IMG/VR virus record: IMGVR_UViG_3300008952_000017
DNA from: an uncultured virus (IMG/VR IMGVR_UViG_3300008952_000017)
Taxonomy: Duplodnaviria > Heunggongvirae > Uroviricota > Caudoviricetes
Reading direction: 5' to 3' (one strand)
DNA: 56,610 bases
Positions 44,551 to 54,419 of the stretch are shown here, piece after piece. The translations under genes were made by a program, and so were the position numbers. Numbering within the stretch: the stretch's first letter is position 1; each line of letters begins with the position of its first letter. The notes under the pieces were generated by a model. That model searched no databases and had not been told where the DNA came from. It saw only the letters and a list, made by a program, of their open reading frames with translations.

Positions 44551-46875
44551 ATGATAGTCGATGATTTCTATGTCAACGGTGAGATTCCTATTCTCTACAC
44601 ACGCTATAGGGATAGCAATGGTGAACTCATTGAGGATACTATCAAGGGATACAAACCCTATTTTTGGATACCTGCTAATGTTGGTGACTATAGGAAGCGC
44701 CGGTTGTTAGCGCGCTATCCAGGCACACAAATAACAGATGAGCGGGCGATAGGTTTGGATGGCACTCCACTTGTCAAAGTGGTAGTAGAATCCCCCTTTG
44801 ACATCTTCAGTATGAGACAAGAGTTTGACAAAACCTACGAGGCTGATGTTAGATTCACAGATAGGTGGCTCATCGACAATGTCCATGAGATGCCTGTTTG
44901 GAACCCGCGTAAGTGGTGGTTCGACATAGAATGTGATACTGGGGATGACCCATTCACCACTGTAATTGCTGTAATCGACAGCGACTTAGACACACCAGTA
45001 GTCTTCGCTTGGGCTGACGAGCGAACGAACTGCTCCTACGATAACATGACTGGACTACCTTACTATCGTAAGGTACGTGACGTGTCATATGAATTGAGAT
45101 TGTATGGTTCAGAGTCTCAACTCCATGAGGCTTTCGTCTCATTCCTGCAGGAGCGTGACCCTGACATGATGATAGCACACGCAGGCTCCTTCTTTGATAT
45201 CCCTCACCTGTTACAAAGGATACCTAACCCACAAAGACTCAGCCCTGTGGGTCAGATACGTAGAGTGAAGAGAGGTAAGGATAGATACGACCCTACCGAC
45301 CAACCAATAGTAGGTAGATGGCAATTCGATACAGCAGCACAAGCCAGTAGTGGTACAGGTTTCGAGCGTGTTTGGAAGGACAGTGGTGGGGGGCAACTAC
45401 CATCACTCAAACTCAATGACATCGCTGAAACTGTAGGGTTGGGGTCTAAACTCACTGAAGAAATAGAAGGTATGGACGTTCACAATGGATGGTATGAATA
45501 CTGGGATGACTTCGTAGACTACTGCTTTCTAGATACTCACCTACTTAGGGGGATAGATGAAGCGCGAAATGTAACTGACTTCTACATCGAGATGGTGCGC
45601 CTCTGTGGTGTCAGTCTACCATCAGCGTGCAACGTCACCAACTTCGCTCGCGGGCTACTATCTCGTAGAACAACAAAGAAAGCACCAAGTAGATTCAAGG
45701 CTGGTGAAATAGACAAACTCAAAGGGGCTGAAGTAGGCCTCAACTGTGTCACTGGACTCCATGAAGGAGTGGCAGTGATAGATTACAAAGGGTTGTACCC
45801 CTCACTAATTCTAGGGAACAACCTATCGTATGAAACCAAACGGGATGGACCTGGTGAAAACATCATTCAACTTGAGAACGGTTCTTACTGGGACCAATCC
45901 GAACAAGGCCTCCTACCATCTGTGGTTGAATATCTGTTCGAGTACCGTTCAATATGCAAGGACCGTATGCGTAACGCCAAAAGCCCTGAAGAGAGGGCCG
46001 CTTGGAACACTACTCAAATGGCAGTCAAGCGTGTAATGGCTAGCCTGTACGGCATGACAGCACACATAGGATATGGATGGGCTGACGCAGATATAGCGCA
46101 CACTATCACCCAAGAGGGTCGTAGGTGTATCAAACTGTTAGATAGTGTGGCCACTACCTATGGATTTGAATGTCTCTATGGGCATACAGATTCAGCCTTT
46201 GTTAAAGTGCCTAGTGTGGATGAGGCTCACGCCCTAGCCGAGCGTATCACAGTGGCGGTGCAAGGTGACACAGGCAATGCCATGCTATTCGCAGAACTGG
46301 AAGCGTGGATGCCCTACTGGTTGTTAACCAAGAAGAATAGGTATGTCGGTAAGGTGGCTTGGCCTGAGGAAGACAGCGGTAAACTCAAAGTTGCTGGATT
46401 CGGAATGAAAGCGTCTAACACATCACCAATCTCCAAGAAGATACAGAGAGGTGTATTCGAGTTGATTTGTAATGGAGCAACAGAGGGTGAAGTCGAAGAG
46501 TTTGTACACCCAATAGCAATGAGTGTGAGAAAGGGTGACATTGACCTCAATGATGTCTCCATGAAAACTAGACTCGGCATGCACCTCAAGGACTACAAGG
46601 TATTAGGTGGTGCATCTAAGGCCGCCACCCATTACAACGAGACTCATAGTGATAAGTTCGGTAAGGGGGACTCGGTACCTTGGACCTACATCGAAGAAGC
46701 ACCAGGCATTATGGCCTATCGGACACCCCGTGACTTAGAAGGGTACACTCTTAATTCTGAAATGATTTTGAAGAAAATGCTATACACCAAGTTAGACAGT
46801 GTTTACTCTACCCTATCTTGGGACCTCAGCAGAGCATTAGGTGCTCCCAGTCCCAAGGCCTATGGGTGGTGGTGA
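44551..46875 (+). CDS. polB: family B DNA polymerase
   Basis: Exo FDIEC, FFDIP, YCFLD; pol DYKGLYPS, KRVMASLYG, YGHTDS, KKNRY. Confidence 0.95.
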   Translation: MIVDDFYVNGEIPILYTRYRDSNGELIEDTIKGYKPYFWIPANVGDYRKRRLLARYPGTQITDERAIGLDGTPLVKVVVESPFDIFSMRQEFDKTYEADVRFTDRWLIDNVHEMPVWNPRKWWFDIECDTGDDPFTTVIAVIDSDLDTPVVFAWADERTNCSYDNMTGLPYYRKVRDVSYELRLYGSESQLHEAFVSFLQERDPDMMIAHAGSFFDIPHLLQRIPNPQRLSPVGQIRRVKRGKDRYDPTDQPIVGRWQFDTAAQASSGTGFERVWKDSGGGQLPSLKLNDIAETVGLGSKLTEEIEGMDVHNGWYEYWDDFVDYCFLDTHLLRGIDEARNVTDFYIEMVRLCGVSLPSACNVTNFARGLLSRRTTKKAPSRFKAGEIDKLKGAEVGLNCVTGLHEGVAVIDYKGLYPSLILGNNLSYETKRDGPGENIIQLENGSYWDQSEQGLLPSVVEYLFEYRSICKDRMRNAKSPEERAAWNTTQMAVKRVMASLYGMTAHIGYGWADADIAHTITQEGRRCIKLLDSVATTYGFECLYGHTDSAFVKVPSVDEAHALAERITVAVQGDTGNAMLFAELEAWMPYWLLTKKNRYVGKVAWPEEDSGKLKVAGFGMKASNTSPISKKIQRGVFELICNGATEGEVEEFVHPIAMSVRKGDIDLNDVSMKTRLGMHLKDYKVLGGASKAATHYNETHSDKFGKGDSVPWTYIEEAPGIMAYRTPRDLEGYTLNSEMILKKMLYTKLDSVYSTLSWDLSRALGAPSPKAYGWW

Positions 46876-46879
46876 TATA

Positions 46880-46972
46880 ATGGAAGGAAAGAAGAAAGAA
46901 GAAAGACAAACAACACTGCATGAGTTCATGCCGGAAGCGACGAGACAGACCACCTTGGAGGAGTTCATCTGA
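46880..46972 (+). CDS. 30-aa peptide with two PIP-box-like motifs
   Basis: MEGKKKEERQTTLHEFMPEATRQTTLEEFI; GGTGGTGA SD; absent from the track. Confidence 0.65.
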   Translation: MEGKKKEERQTTLHEFMPEATRQTTLEEFI

Positions 46973-47259
46973 ACAAGAACAGTCAGGACCAAATCCCTAC
47001 TGACTTTGTGCTTCAACGTGTAGCACATATGCTACGAGAGAAGAATGAGAAGTATGGCGATAGTGTGATGAACCCACTAAGGGTATTCTATCAAGGCGAA
47101 GAGGACATTTCAGCACTAATCAAGATACGTATGGACGACAAACTGTCTCGCCTCGCTAGAGGTAGTGAAGGGATAGAGAGTGACTTAGACATTTACTATG
47201 ACCTTATAGGATACTTGACCTTGTTAATTGTAGCCATAGAAAAGAAGGGTGAAGAGTGA
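46969..47259 (+). CDS. nucleotide-modification-associated domain 1 (Nmad1/DUF1599-like) protein
   Basis: KNEKYGDS...IRMDDKLSRL...DLIGYL. Start uncertain: CTG 46969 (CTGA overlap, GGAGGAG SD) or GTG 47008. Confidence 0.7.
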   Translation: MNKNSQDQIPTDFVLQRVAHMLREKNEKYGDSVMNPLRVFYQGEEDISALIKIRMDDKLSRLARGSEGIESDLDIYYDLIGYLTLLIVAIEKKGEE

Positions 47260-48185
47260 TGGGGGATGACCATCGACCCATGGTGTATGACGACAAGTCG
47301 TCTTACGCATGGACTCCTGAAATGGGTGAAGAGGGTATAGTCATACGAATAAGTAAATCCACTCTAGCGAATACCAAATGGTGCTCCCAACAACTATGGC
47401 TATCCAAGAATTACAAGGTGCCGCAGGAACAACGTCACTATCTAGTAATAGGTGACGACGTGCATCAAAGCATGGAAGCATTCTATATCAAGGCAGAGCA
47501 AGATGAGTTAGAAGAACTACAGAAGGCAGCAAAGGGAGGGCATGACAGGAAAGTGTTAGAACATTTCCGTTCATGGTTGCCCAGTAAAGAAGAAGTCATA
47601 GATATGAGAAGGGAGTCTTCTAGAAAGGAACCATTCTATGAGCGTGATTACGACCACAACATAACATGGCTGATGAATAATGAACTTGTGAGACTTACAC
47701 ACACTGATGTTGAGCAGTTCTTACCCGTGGCTAATGAAGTGAAACTATCACCTAGGACTACATTCCATGTTGATGGAAAAGAAATAGAAGTGCAACTCAC
47801 AGGCATCATTGATAGGGTATTCACTGATGGTCAAGGTGGTTTGGCTCTCATGGAATTAAAGACTGGGAAGTGGCATGACAGGAAGATGTCAGAAATGCGC
47901 ATGGAAATGGCGTATTACAAGATGCTTATCGAATTATCAACTCCAGAAGAACTTGAGGCTGTAGGTCTCAACGACCAAGTAGTTACTCATTGGGGGTGGC
48001 GCTACAGTGCTGTTGATAGATTGGATTACGAGCCAACTAAGAAGGTCAGTGAAAGAGCGATGCAAACGTCACTGAATAAACTCATCAATATGTACCTAAA
48101 GCAGGACTTCCCTGTGACTAAGGCAGACTTCAAATGCTCACACTGTGATTACATGGACCTGTGTCCCAAGTTCAAGAGGGATTAG
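47256..48185 (+). CDS. Cas4/AddB-like PD-(D/E)XK exonuclease with Fe-S cysteines
   Basis: G..VH, GIIDRV, ELKTG, N-terminal C plus CSHC..C. Confidence 0.85.
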   Translation: MMGDDHRPMVYDDKSSYAWTPEMGEEGIVIRISKSTLANTKWCSQQLWLSKNYKVPQEQRHYLVIGDDVHQSMEAFYIKAEQDELEELQKAAKGGHDRKVLEHFRSWLPSKEEVIDMRRESSRKEPFYERDYDHNITWLMNNELVRLTHTDVEQFLPVANEVKLSPRTTFHVDGKEIEVQLTGIIDRVFTDGQGGLALMELKTGKWHDRKMSEMRMEMAYYKMLIELSTPEELEAVGLNDQVVTHWGWRYSAVDRLDYEPTKKVSERAMQTSLNKLINMYLKQDFPVTKADFKCSHCDYMDLCPKFKRD

Positions 48186-48186
48186 A

Positions 48187-49257
48187 ATGACCATAATTGA
48201 CTTCGACTTCCCCCGTGAGGTAGGACTGTTCCGCAAGGTAGTTCACAGCCCCGAGGAACTCGAGAGGTACTGGGCCTCGCTCAGGAACAGCCAGTGTGCC
48301 TACACCAGTGTGTATGGCTACAGGGCTGTGAAGCCAAGCGGCAAGCGTGCTGAGTACAACACTGCAATAGTGAGAAATTTTGTGCTGGACTTTGATAAGA
48401 AGGCTAGGACAGGGAGCATAGTGATTGACGTGCCAGGCGACAGGGTGCTGGAGCAAGTAAGGCGCACCCACCAACTACTCATGGACAAGGACATACGACA
48501 TGCTGTATGGTTCAGTGGAAATGGGTTCCATATATGGGTGAAACTCTCCAAGACACACCGGCCTTCTACTGGTAGTGAAGTGTCTCTCATCAAGGCCGCT
48601 GGAAAGAAGGTCATCAGTGATTGGAAGGAAGCACTCGACTTGCCTTGCATGGACCCTACTGTGCCCTTCGACATGGCTAGACTCATCCGTATCCCTAACT
48701 CCTACAACGCCAAACAACATGTAGGTAGGTGGAGTATCCCTCTCAAGAGTGAGGAGTTACTATCATGGACATGGGATGATATCTGTGAGAGGGCAGAACG
48801 CCATCGTAGAGGTCAGTTTGTCTATGGTGTTAATGGGGTTGACCTACCAATAGAGCAAGTTAAGAAGAATAGATTTACATCAGTAGGCCCCGCAATAGAG
48901 TTCGATACCATCGAAATGAATGGTATTAAGATTCTACCTTGCTTGGTGGAAGCAGCATGTCAAATAGGAAGTAATCCACCACATGATGCACGTAAATCAT
49001 TGGTAATCTACCTTGCTTCAAGGCTTAGGAACTTCCTCCCAGTGGAACGAACTACTCTAGAGTCTAGAGAAGAGCACATTGAGATGATTGCAGAATATAT
49101 CAATACATTACAATGGGCTGACTATGATGAGAATGTGACAAGATATCATGTTAGTACCATAGTGAATGGGGGGTATCACCAGCACTGCTCCTCACTAGAG
49201 GCTGGTGGTCTCTGCTTGGGCCGCTGCCAATTATGGGATGGGACGGGCTCACTATGA
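48187..49257 (+). CDS. archaeo-eukaryotic primase, PriS-PriL fusion
   Basis: VLDFD, SGNGFH, RLIRIPNS; C-terminal LPC ... C..C..C Fe-S region. Confidence 0.88.
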   Translation: MTIIDFDFPREVGLFRKVVHSPEELERYWASLRNSQCAYTSVYGYRAVKPSGKRAEYNTAIVRNFVLDFDKKARTGSIVIDVPGDRVLEQVRRTHQLLMDKDIRHAVWFSGNGFHIWVKLSKTHRPSTGSEVSLIKAAGKKVISDWKEALDLPCMDPTVPFDMARLIRIPNSYNAKQHVGRWSIPLKSEELLSWTWDDICERAERHRRGQFVYGVNGVDLPIEQVKKNRFTSVGPAIEFDTIEMNGIKILPCLVEAACQIGSNPPHDARKSLVIYLASRLRNFLPVERTTLESREEHIEMIAEYINTLQWADYDENVTRYHVSTIVNGGYHQHCSSLEAGGLCLGRCQLWDGTGSL

Positions 49258-49949
49258 AACCACTCATCATAGACAGCAATGAACGCGGCCCTTTACCTGA
49301 AGCAGTGATGCGTAGGGCCATGAAAAGAAAGCCGGCCGTTGGTATCAAAAGAGAGGTATTAGTGATAGGTGACTACCTCTGTGGGCAGTGGCATTTAGAA
49401 GCGAAGTCGGTCTCCGACTTCTTGGAGTCGCTGCGCAATGGACATCTCATGCGACAACTCGATAACCTTGATGCCAATGCTGCAACCTTCGGCATCGTCG
49501 TGTGGGGCGAGGTGGGTGACTACGTTAAGCAGGTACAAATGCGCGGCGGCTCCACCAACTTTAGCGCTGCAACAAAGCAAATAGCAGGGGGTATGGCTAG
49601 AATAGCAGCAGATTTTGGCTGCTTAGTATACCGTGCCCCCAATCTTATGGAAGCCTCGCACTTCATAGTAGGACTACATCAGAAGACATACAAGAGTGCT
49701 AGCAGGCATGGCGCACAGGCAGTCAGAAGGGTGTCAAGTAATGATGTACGAGTCGACATGCTGCGTACTATACCAGGAATCGGTGACGAGATGGTAGATA
49801 ACATTCTCGAGGCGTGTGGTAGCATAGAAGAAGCAGCCTGTGGTGAATGTCTTAGGGGAGTAAAGCGCATGGGTAAAGTCCTACGAGGTAGAGTGGTTGA
49901 AGCCTTGACTAGTGAAGAAGCGGTGCGTATCGAGCGTCGCTCTTCTTGA
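49254..49949 (+). CDS. ERCC4/XPF (Hef-like) structure-specific nuclease with HhH motifs
   Basis: IDSNE, GDY, EAKSVSDFLES, IPGIG. Confidence 0.88.
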   Translation: MKPLIIDSNERGPLPEAVMRRAMKRKPAVGIKREVLVIGDYLCGQWHLEAKSVSDFLESLRNGHLMRQLDNLDANAATFGIVVWGEVGDYVKQVQMRGGSTNFSAATKQIAGGMARIAADFGCLVYRAPNLMEASHFIVGLHQKTYKSASRHGAQAVRRVSSNDVRVDMLRTIPGIGDEMVDNILEACGSIEEAACGECLRGVKRMGKVLRGRVVEALTSEEAVRIERRSS

Positions 49950-50016
49950 GATTATTGTATTATTCTCTTCTGATAAGGTAGATAAGTTCATAGGCTAAAG
50001 ATAGCCCCCCATTCTT

Positions 50017-51486
50017 ATGGCAAGAACTTGGGAAGATTATACAGCCGTGAAGAAATACCCGATATTAAGAGACTACGTAGATAGATTTAGGAAAACCTCC
50101 TTCTACAATGAGACACCAGCACTCCTGTCTTTCTTTTACTTACAAGGGCAAGCAGTAGTAGACTACATACGAATACCAGTTTGGGCATCCTATCTAGACC
50201 CTAGATTCCACGTGTTTTGGATTCAACCAACACGCTCAGGGAAGTCTATAGCATGGGAGTTTGTAGGTGAAGTGGCTAGATTGGCAGACATTGATGCAGA
50301 TATGTTCACATCAGGCACCGACGCTGGCCTCATTGGTTCCTTCCAATCACACAAGGATGAGGATGGTAACTACTACACTGAAGAAGTCCCTGGTCTACTC
50401 AATGGAAAGAAATTACTGAACTTCGATGAGGGTAGCATCTTATTGCAGCCCAGTCCAAAGCAGTTCTTCCAAGAGGTCATCCTCTATCTACAACAATCCA
50501 TGAACCCTATCGGTAGTCACAGCAACACACTCACCAAGCACATGAAGGATGGTAAGATTGAGACTGAGTCTCGTGTATCCTTTTGGATTACCACTTTCCC
50601 CCCTGCAGGAGTCAAAGAGTATGTCTTGACGAAAGGCCTTTTCCAAAGAGTTCTGCTTTACTACGCCCCATGGGACAACGATAAGAGGATGGCTGTGTCC
50701 AAGAGACGCATGCGAGGACTATGGTCTGATGAGATGAGAGAAGTGAAGACAACCGAAGACCTAGCGCAACACTTCATTGAGATTCAGACCTTGGTTAAGG
50801 AGCACCTAATTGCATGCGGACCAGTTGATGGTAAGATGTGGGAAGACCTTGACGAGAACATCAAAGAAGAGCGCCATGAGCGTGAACAGATAGTGAGGGC
50901 TGCTGCTCTGAGTATGTTCCGTAAGAGTAACGACTTCGACTCAGCAATAGACCTAGCAGTAGATGAGTTCTACAACCTAGTGAGTGGGATGGACGCTAAG
51001 TTGAGTGATGTGGTCCTCTCTTTCATGCCTAACATCGAGAACTATCTCAATATCTTGGCCACCCATCTCGTGCTCATAGAACAGAATGAGAAGCGTAAGT
51101 TGGGTCACGGTATGACCTATGACCCTGCAGAGCATTGGGTCATTGGTGGTGAACACATTGACATGGCAATGGAAATACTCTACGACGTGTATGAACGACT
51201 CATTATTTGGTTAGAGAGTGACCTAGAACTGGGTGCCACCAAAGCAGCCAAGATTGCTAAGATAGAATCATGGCAGAAGGCACTGGATGGATGTAAGAAC
51301 TACGACCTAGGTGACCACAGGGGTGACGGTTGGGTCCTAAAGAAAGATGTAATCAAATCCTATGGAAGGCTAATGGACCGTAGCCAACCCGTGGTCTACA
51401 AGCACTACAATGATATACGAGCCTCCTTCAAAGAGACCAAAGTATCAGGTGTCCCTTACGTAAGATGGAGCGGTGAAGATAATTGA
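50017..51486 (+). CDS. divergent MCM-like AAA+ helicase
   Basis: QPTRSGKS Walker A, TDAGLIG, PGLL, LNFDEG Walker B, FQR arginine-finger-like motif; within the replication block. Confidence 0.65.
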   Translation: MARTWEDYTAVKKYPILRDYVDRFRKTSFYNETPALLSFFYLQGQAVVDYIRIPVWASYLDPRFHVFWIQPTRSGKSIAWEFVGEVARLADIDADMFTSGTDAGLIGSFQSHKDEDGNYYTEEVPGLLNGKKLLNFDEGSILLQPSPKQFFQEVILYLQQSMNPIGSHSNTLTKHMKDGKIETESRVSFWITTFPPAGVKEYVLTKGLFQRVLLYYAPWDNDKRMAVSKRRMRGLWSDEMREVKTTEDLAQHFIEIQTLVKEHLIACGPVDGKMWEDLDENIKEERHEREQIVRAAALSMFRKSNDFDSAIDLAVDEFYNLVSGMDAKLSDVVLSFMPNIENYLNILATHLVLIEQNEKRKLGHGMTYDPAEHWVIGGEHIDMAMEILYDVYERLIIWLESDLELGATKAAKIAKIESWQKALDGCKNYDLGDHRGDGWVLKKDVIKSYGRLMDRSQPVVYKHYNDIRASFKETKVSGVPYVRWSGEDN

Positions 51487-52079
51487 GTAACATGATGGCC
51501 CTTGACATTGAGACAAGTAACTACTCATGGCAGATAGGGGGTTGGAATAACACCCATCTATTCAACCCGTCAGTAGTATGCACGTGGGATGGTGAGAAGG
51601 CTCACGTTTTCTCGAAGTCTCACATCGACGTTCCAGGTGCTATATGGCACCCCCTACACCCTCAAGACCTAGGGGAACATCTCAAGAAGCACGTAGAAGA
51701 AGGTGGTAAGATAGTAGGACACAACTTGATGGGCTTCGACTTACCAGTTCTTCGTGACGCATTAGACTGCTTCTACGCTGGGCATCTACTCGCTAACTCC
51801 GAACATGTAGTGGACACCTCTGCTATACTGAGAAGCGTGAGTGGAATGAGCCACCACTTAGATGAGGTCTGTAAGCACACTCTAGGTACGGGTAAGACTC
51901 AAAAGAGTGAGGATGCCCCTATACTGTGGGCAGAAGGGAAGTACGGAGCAGTAGCAGAATACTGCATCAAGGATTGCCAATTGGTCTATGACGTATGGAT
52001 GCATGGCAAAGATGAAGGGTTCGTAAAGTCACGTAACAGCAAGACCGGAGTAATAGATAACATCGAGGTGATATGGTGA
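51483..52079 (+). CDS. DEDD/RNase H-like 3'-5' exonuclease
   Basis: ALDIET, GHNLMGFDLP, YCIKD. Confidence 0.85.
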   Translation: MSNMMALDIETSNYSWQIGGWNNTHLFNPSVVCTWDGEKAHVFSKSHIDVPGAIWHPLHPQDLGEHLKKHVEEGGKIVGHNLMGFDLPVLRDALDCFYAGHLLANSEHVVDTSAILRSVSGMSHHLDEVCKHTLGTGKTQKSEDAPILWAEGKYGAVAEYCIKDCQLVYDVWMHGKDEGFVKSRNSKTGVIDNIEVIW

Positions 52080-52193
52080 ACCTCCTCGAAGATGCCCCTG
52101 CTGATTTTTTTACCGAGTTCTACATCACAGTATGCGAGTTCTACGGGATTGACCCCGACGCACTATTCATCCATTTAATGGAGGAAGAAATAC

Positions 52194-53714
52194 ATGAGTG
52201 AACAAGAAAAGCAAACAGGAAGAGAAGCACAGATGAGTAACATCAAGGCGGCCATGAATGTGGCCGAGACCGTTAGGTCTACCTTAGGCCCAGCCGGTAT
52301 GGACAAGTTACTAACGAACGGAAGTCGTCACATCGTAACTAACGATGGTGTCACAGTACTCAGGGAACTGGATACTGCACACCCAGGAGCACAGATGATG
52401 GTTGAGGCAAGCCAAACCCAAGAAGCAGTGTGTAAGGACGGCACTACAAGCGTGGTAGTCCTCGCAGGACAAATGCTAGCATTAAGCCAAGGGCTATTGA
52501 TGAGGGGGATACACCCTCGAGTAATTCTACGCTCCTTCCAAGCAGGAAAGAGCCTAGCCCTAGAGCATCTAAACTCTCAAGACATCGACATACTAGACGC
52601 TGCTAAGACTGCACTTAGAGGTAAGGCTGCTGAGAGTGACCTAGATTATGCTGCTGGATTATGCCTAAAGGCATGTGAGAAGGCTGATGGTAACTTGGAC
52701 CACATTAGAGTAATCACACAAGCAGGAGGTTCCTTGAGCGATTCCTATGTGCAAGACGGGTTAGTCATCAACAAGGAGTTCGCTAATGAAGTAGAAGATA
52801 AGAACATGAAAGGGGATTTAAACGTCCTGCTACTCAATGGTGGTCTTGAAGGGTATGACCTCAATGAAGTACAAATGCAGGTAGAAAACATGCAACAACT
52901 TCACGAGTTGAAGCAACAAGAGTTGGGTATGCTAAGCGAGTTAGCATCAATGGTGGCTGGTGCAGTGGGCCCTCAAGGAGTCGTCTTCGTTAGAGACTCG
53001 GTACACGAGGCCGTGGCACACTACCTATCACAACATGGCATCCCGCTAGTCACTCGTTTGCAACAAAGCGATATGGAGGGCTTGTCAAGACTCCTTAATG
53101 TTCCCATCTACCATCGTGTTGTGGATGTAGACGAGCCTATCATGACAACTAACGCGTCTGTTAAGCAGGAGAGGATTGGAGACTTAGACTTCGTCACAGT
53201 ATCAGGTGAAGGAGAAGCCACTTGCCTAGTAGTGAGGGGGGCTACAAGACAGACCATAGAAGAGTACGCACGTGCTTTCGATGATGCTATTGGTGTGACA
53301 TGTTTGGCCATGCAAGACAATGGTAAGGGCTTCCCAGGTGGAGGAGCATCCTTCTCAGCGGCCTCTGTGACTGTAAGAACAGTGGCATCCAACCAACCTA
53401 ACATGACAGCGAGAGAAAGAATGTGCCTCGAAGCATACGCTGACGCACTAGAGATAATCCCCGCAGCCATAGCGAACAATGCAGGCATGGACCCACTAGA
53501 TGTGGTGATGGAACTTAGGTCTGCAGAAGAAGGGGTTGGGTTATTCATAGACGACCGTGGAGTAGGAGAGATTTGCAACACCTTAGAGAAGGGTGTAGTA
53601 GAACCTGAATCATTAGTCAAACAAGTAATCAGTAGTGCCACTGAAGTAGCCACTGCCATATTGAGGATAGACGATATCATGGCAATGAGAGAACAGAATG
53701 GTGGACTGGCCTAA
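52194..53714 (+). CDS. ths: group II chaperonin (thermosome subunit)
   Basis: STLGPAGMDK, TNDGVT, DGTTS, IHP, PGGGA, ILRIDD. Confidence 0.93.
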   Translation: MSEQEKQTGREAQMSNIKAAMNVAETVRSTLGPAGMDKLLTNGSRHIVTNDGVTVLRELDTAHPGAQMMVEASQTQEAVCKDGTTSVVVLAGQMLALSQGLLMRGIHPRVILRSFQAGKSLALEHLNSQDIDILDAAKTALRGKAAESDLDYAAGLCLKACEKADGNLDHIRVITQAGGSLSDSYVQDGLVINKEFANEVEDKNMKGDLNVLLLNGGLEGYDLNEVQMQVENMQQLHELKQQELGMLSELASMVAGAVGPQGVVFVRDSVHEAVAHYLSQHGIPLVTRLQQSDMEGLSRLLNVPIYHRVVDVDEPIMTTNASVKQERIGDLDFVTVSGEGEATCLVVRGATRQTIEEYARAFDDAIGVTCLAMQDNGKGFPGGGASFSAASVTVRTVASNQPNMTARERMCLEAYADALEIIPAAIANNAGMDPLDVVMELRSAEEGVGLFIDDRGVGEICNTLEKGVVEPESLVKQVISSATEVATAILRIDDIMAMREQNGGLA

Positions 53715-53773
53715 GACAACAAGAGTGATAAACGACCACCCCCACCGCAGGTATGAAGAGCGCCAGCGGCTTT

Positions 53774-53852
53774 GTGAGGGAGGAGATTAAAACCGATTGC
53801 TTCTGTGGCTAATTGTGTTTCCTTTTCTTCTCTTCTTCCTCTCTTCCCTCAC
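53774..53852. terminator. hairpin with pyrimidine tract at the convergence of the two arms
   Basis: GTGAGGGAGGAG / CTCTTCCCTCAC pairing around a TC-rich tract. Confidence 0.45.
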
Positions 53853-54026
53853 GGCCCATTAGGCACAAAGAATCCAAGGCGAACGAGTAGTTACTCTAAC
53901 TGGGCTTCCCAGTAGTCCCAGTCCCAATCAGGGTATTTCTCTTTCAGACTAAGACTCCTATCTTTTTCATCAGCCATCCTAACAAACCCCCCACGTCTAG
54001 GGTGACACCGTAATCTCGCTCATCCA

Positions 54027-54320
54027 TCAGTATCCCTGCTCTAACTTACTAGGTTTCTTCATCTCACGAATCTGTTGTGCTGCAAAGCGTATCTTCTGAG
54101 TGCTGTGTAGTTTCCAAAATGCATCCTTCGCCACCTTGAACTCCTGTTCTATGAGGCGGCACAATTGATACCTAGAACTGGTCCTCAAATCTTCATCTAT
54201 TTGCAGACCAAGAACTTCACTAACTTCATCATCACTGTACTTGACTCGTCTATCTAACCAAACATAGACACGACCCATTAAGGCCATTAACTTACGAGCC
54301 AACCAGTGTCCCAAAGACAT
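54027..54320 (-). CDS. hypothetical protein
   Basis: 97 aa; amphipathic N-terminal helix. Confidence 0.65.
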   Translation of the reverse strand: MSLGHWLARKLMALMGRVYVWLDRRVKYSDDEVSEVLGLQIDEDLRTSSRYQLCRLIEQEFKVAKDAFWKLHSTQKIRFAAQQIREMKKPSKLEQGY

Positions 54321-54419
54321 GTGGTGTGAAAAGGAAAGTGGTTTCTATTTCAGGCTTGTGGTGTTCTGTTCCAATAACTAGTATTCTCATTACCTTCAGG
54401 TATCTGTGTACTATTCATT

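Noticed and set aside
47256..48185. Cas4-like gene as evidence of a CRISPR-Cas locus
   Set aside because: Stand-alone Cas4-like nucleases are common in viral replication modules; no array or other cas genes are present.
38721..53714. Cellular archaeal chromosome origin for the replication genes
   Set aside because: Divergent compact versions clustered together, a fused primase, tail-fibre genes, many orphan ORFs and no ribosomal or central metabolic genes all favour a virus.
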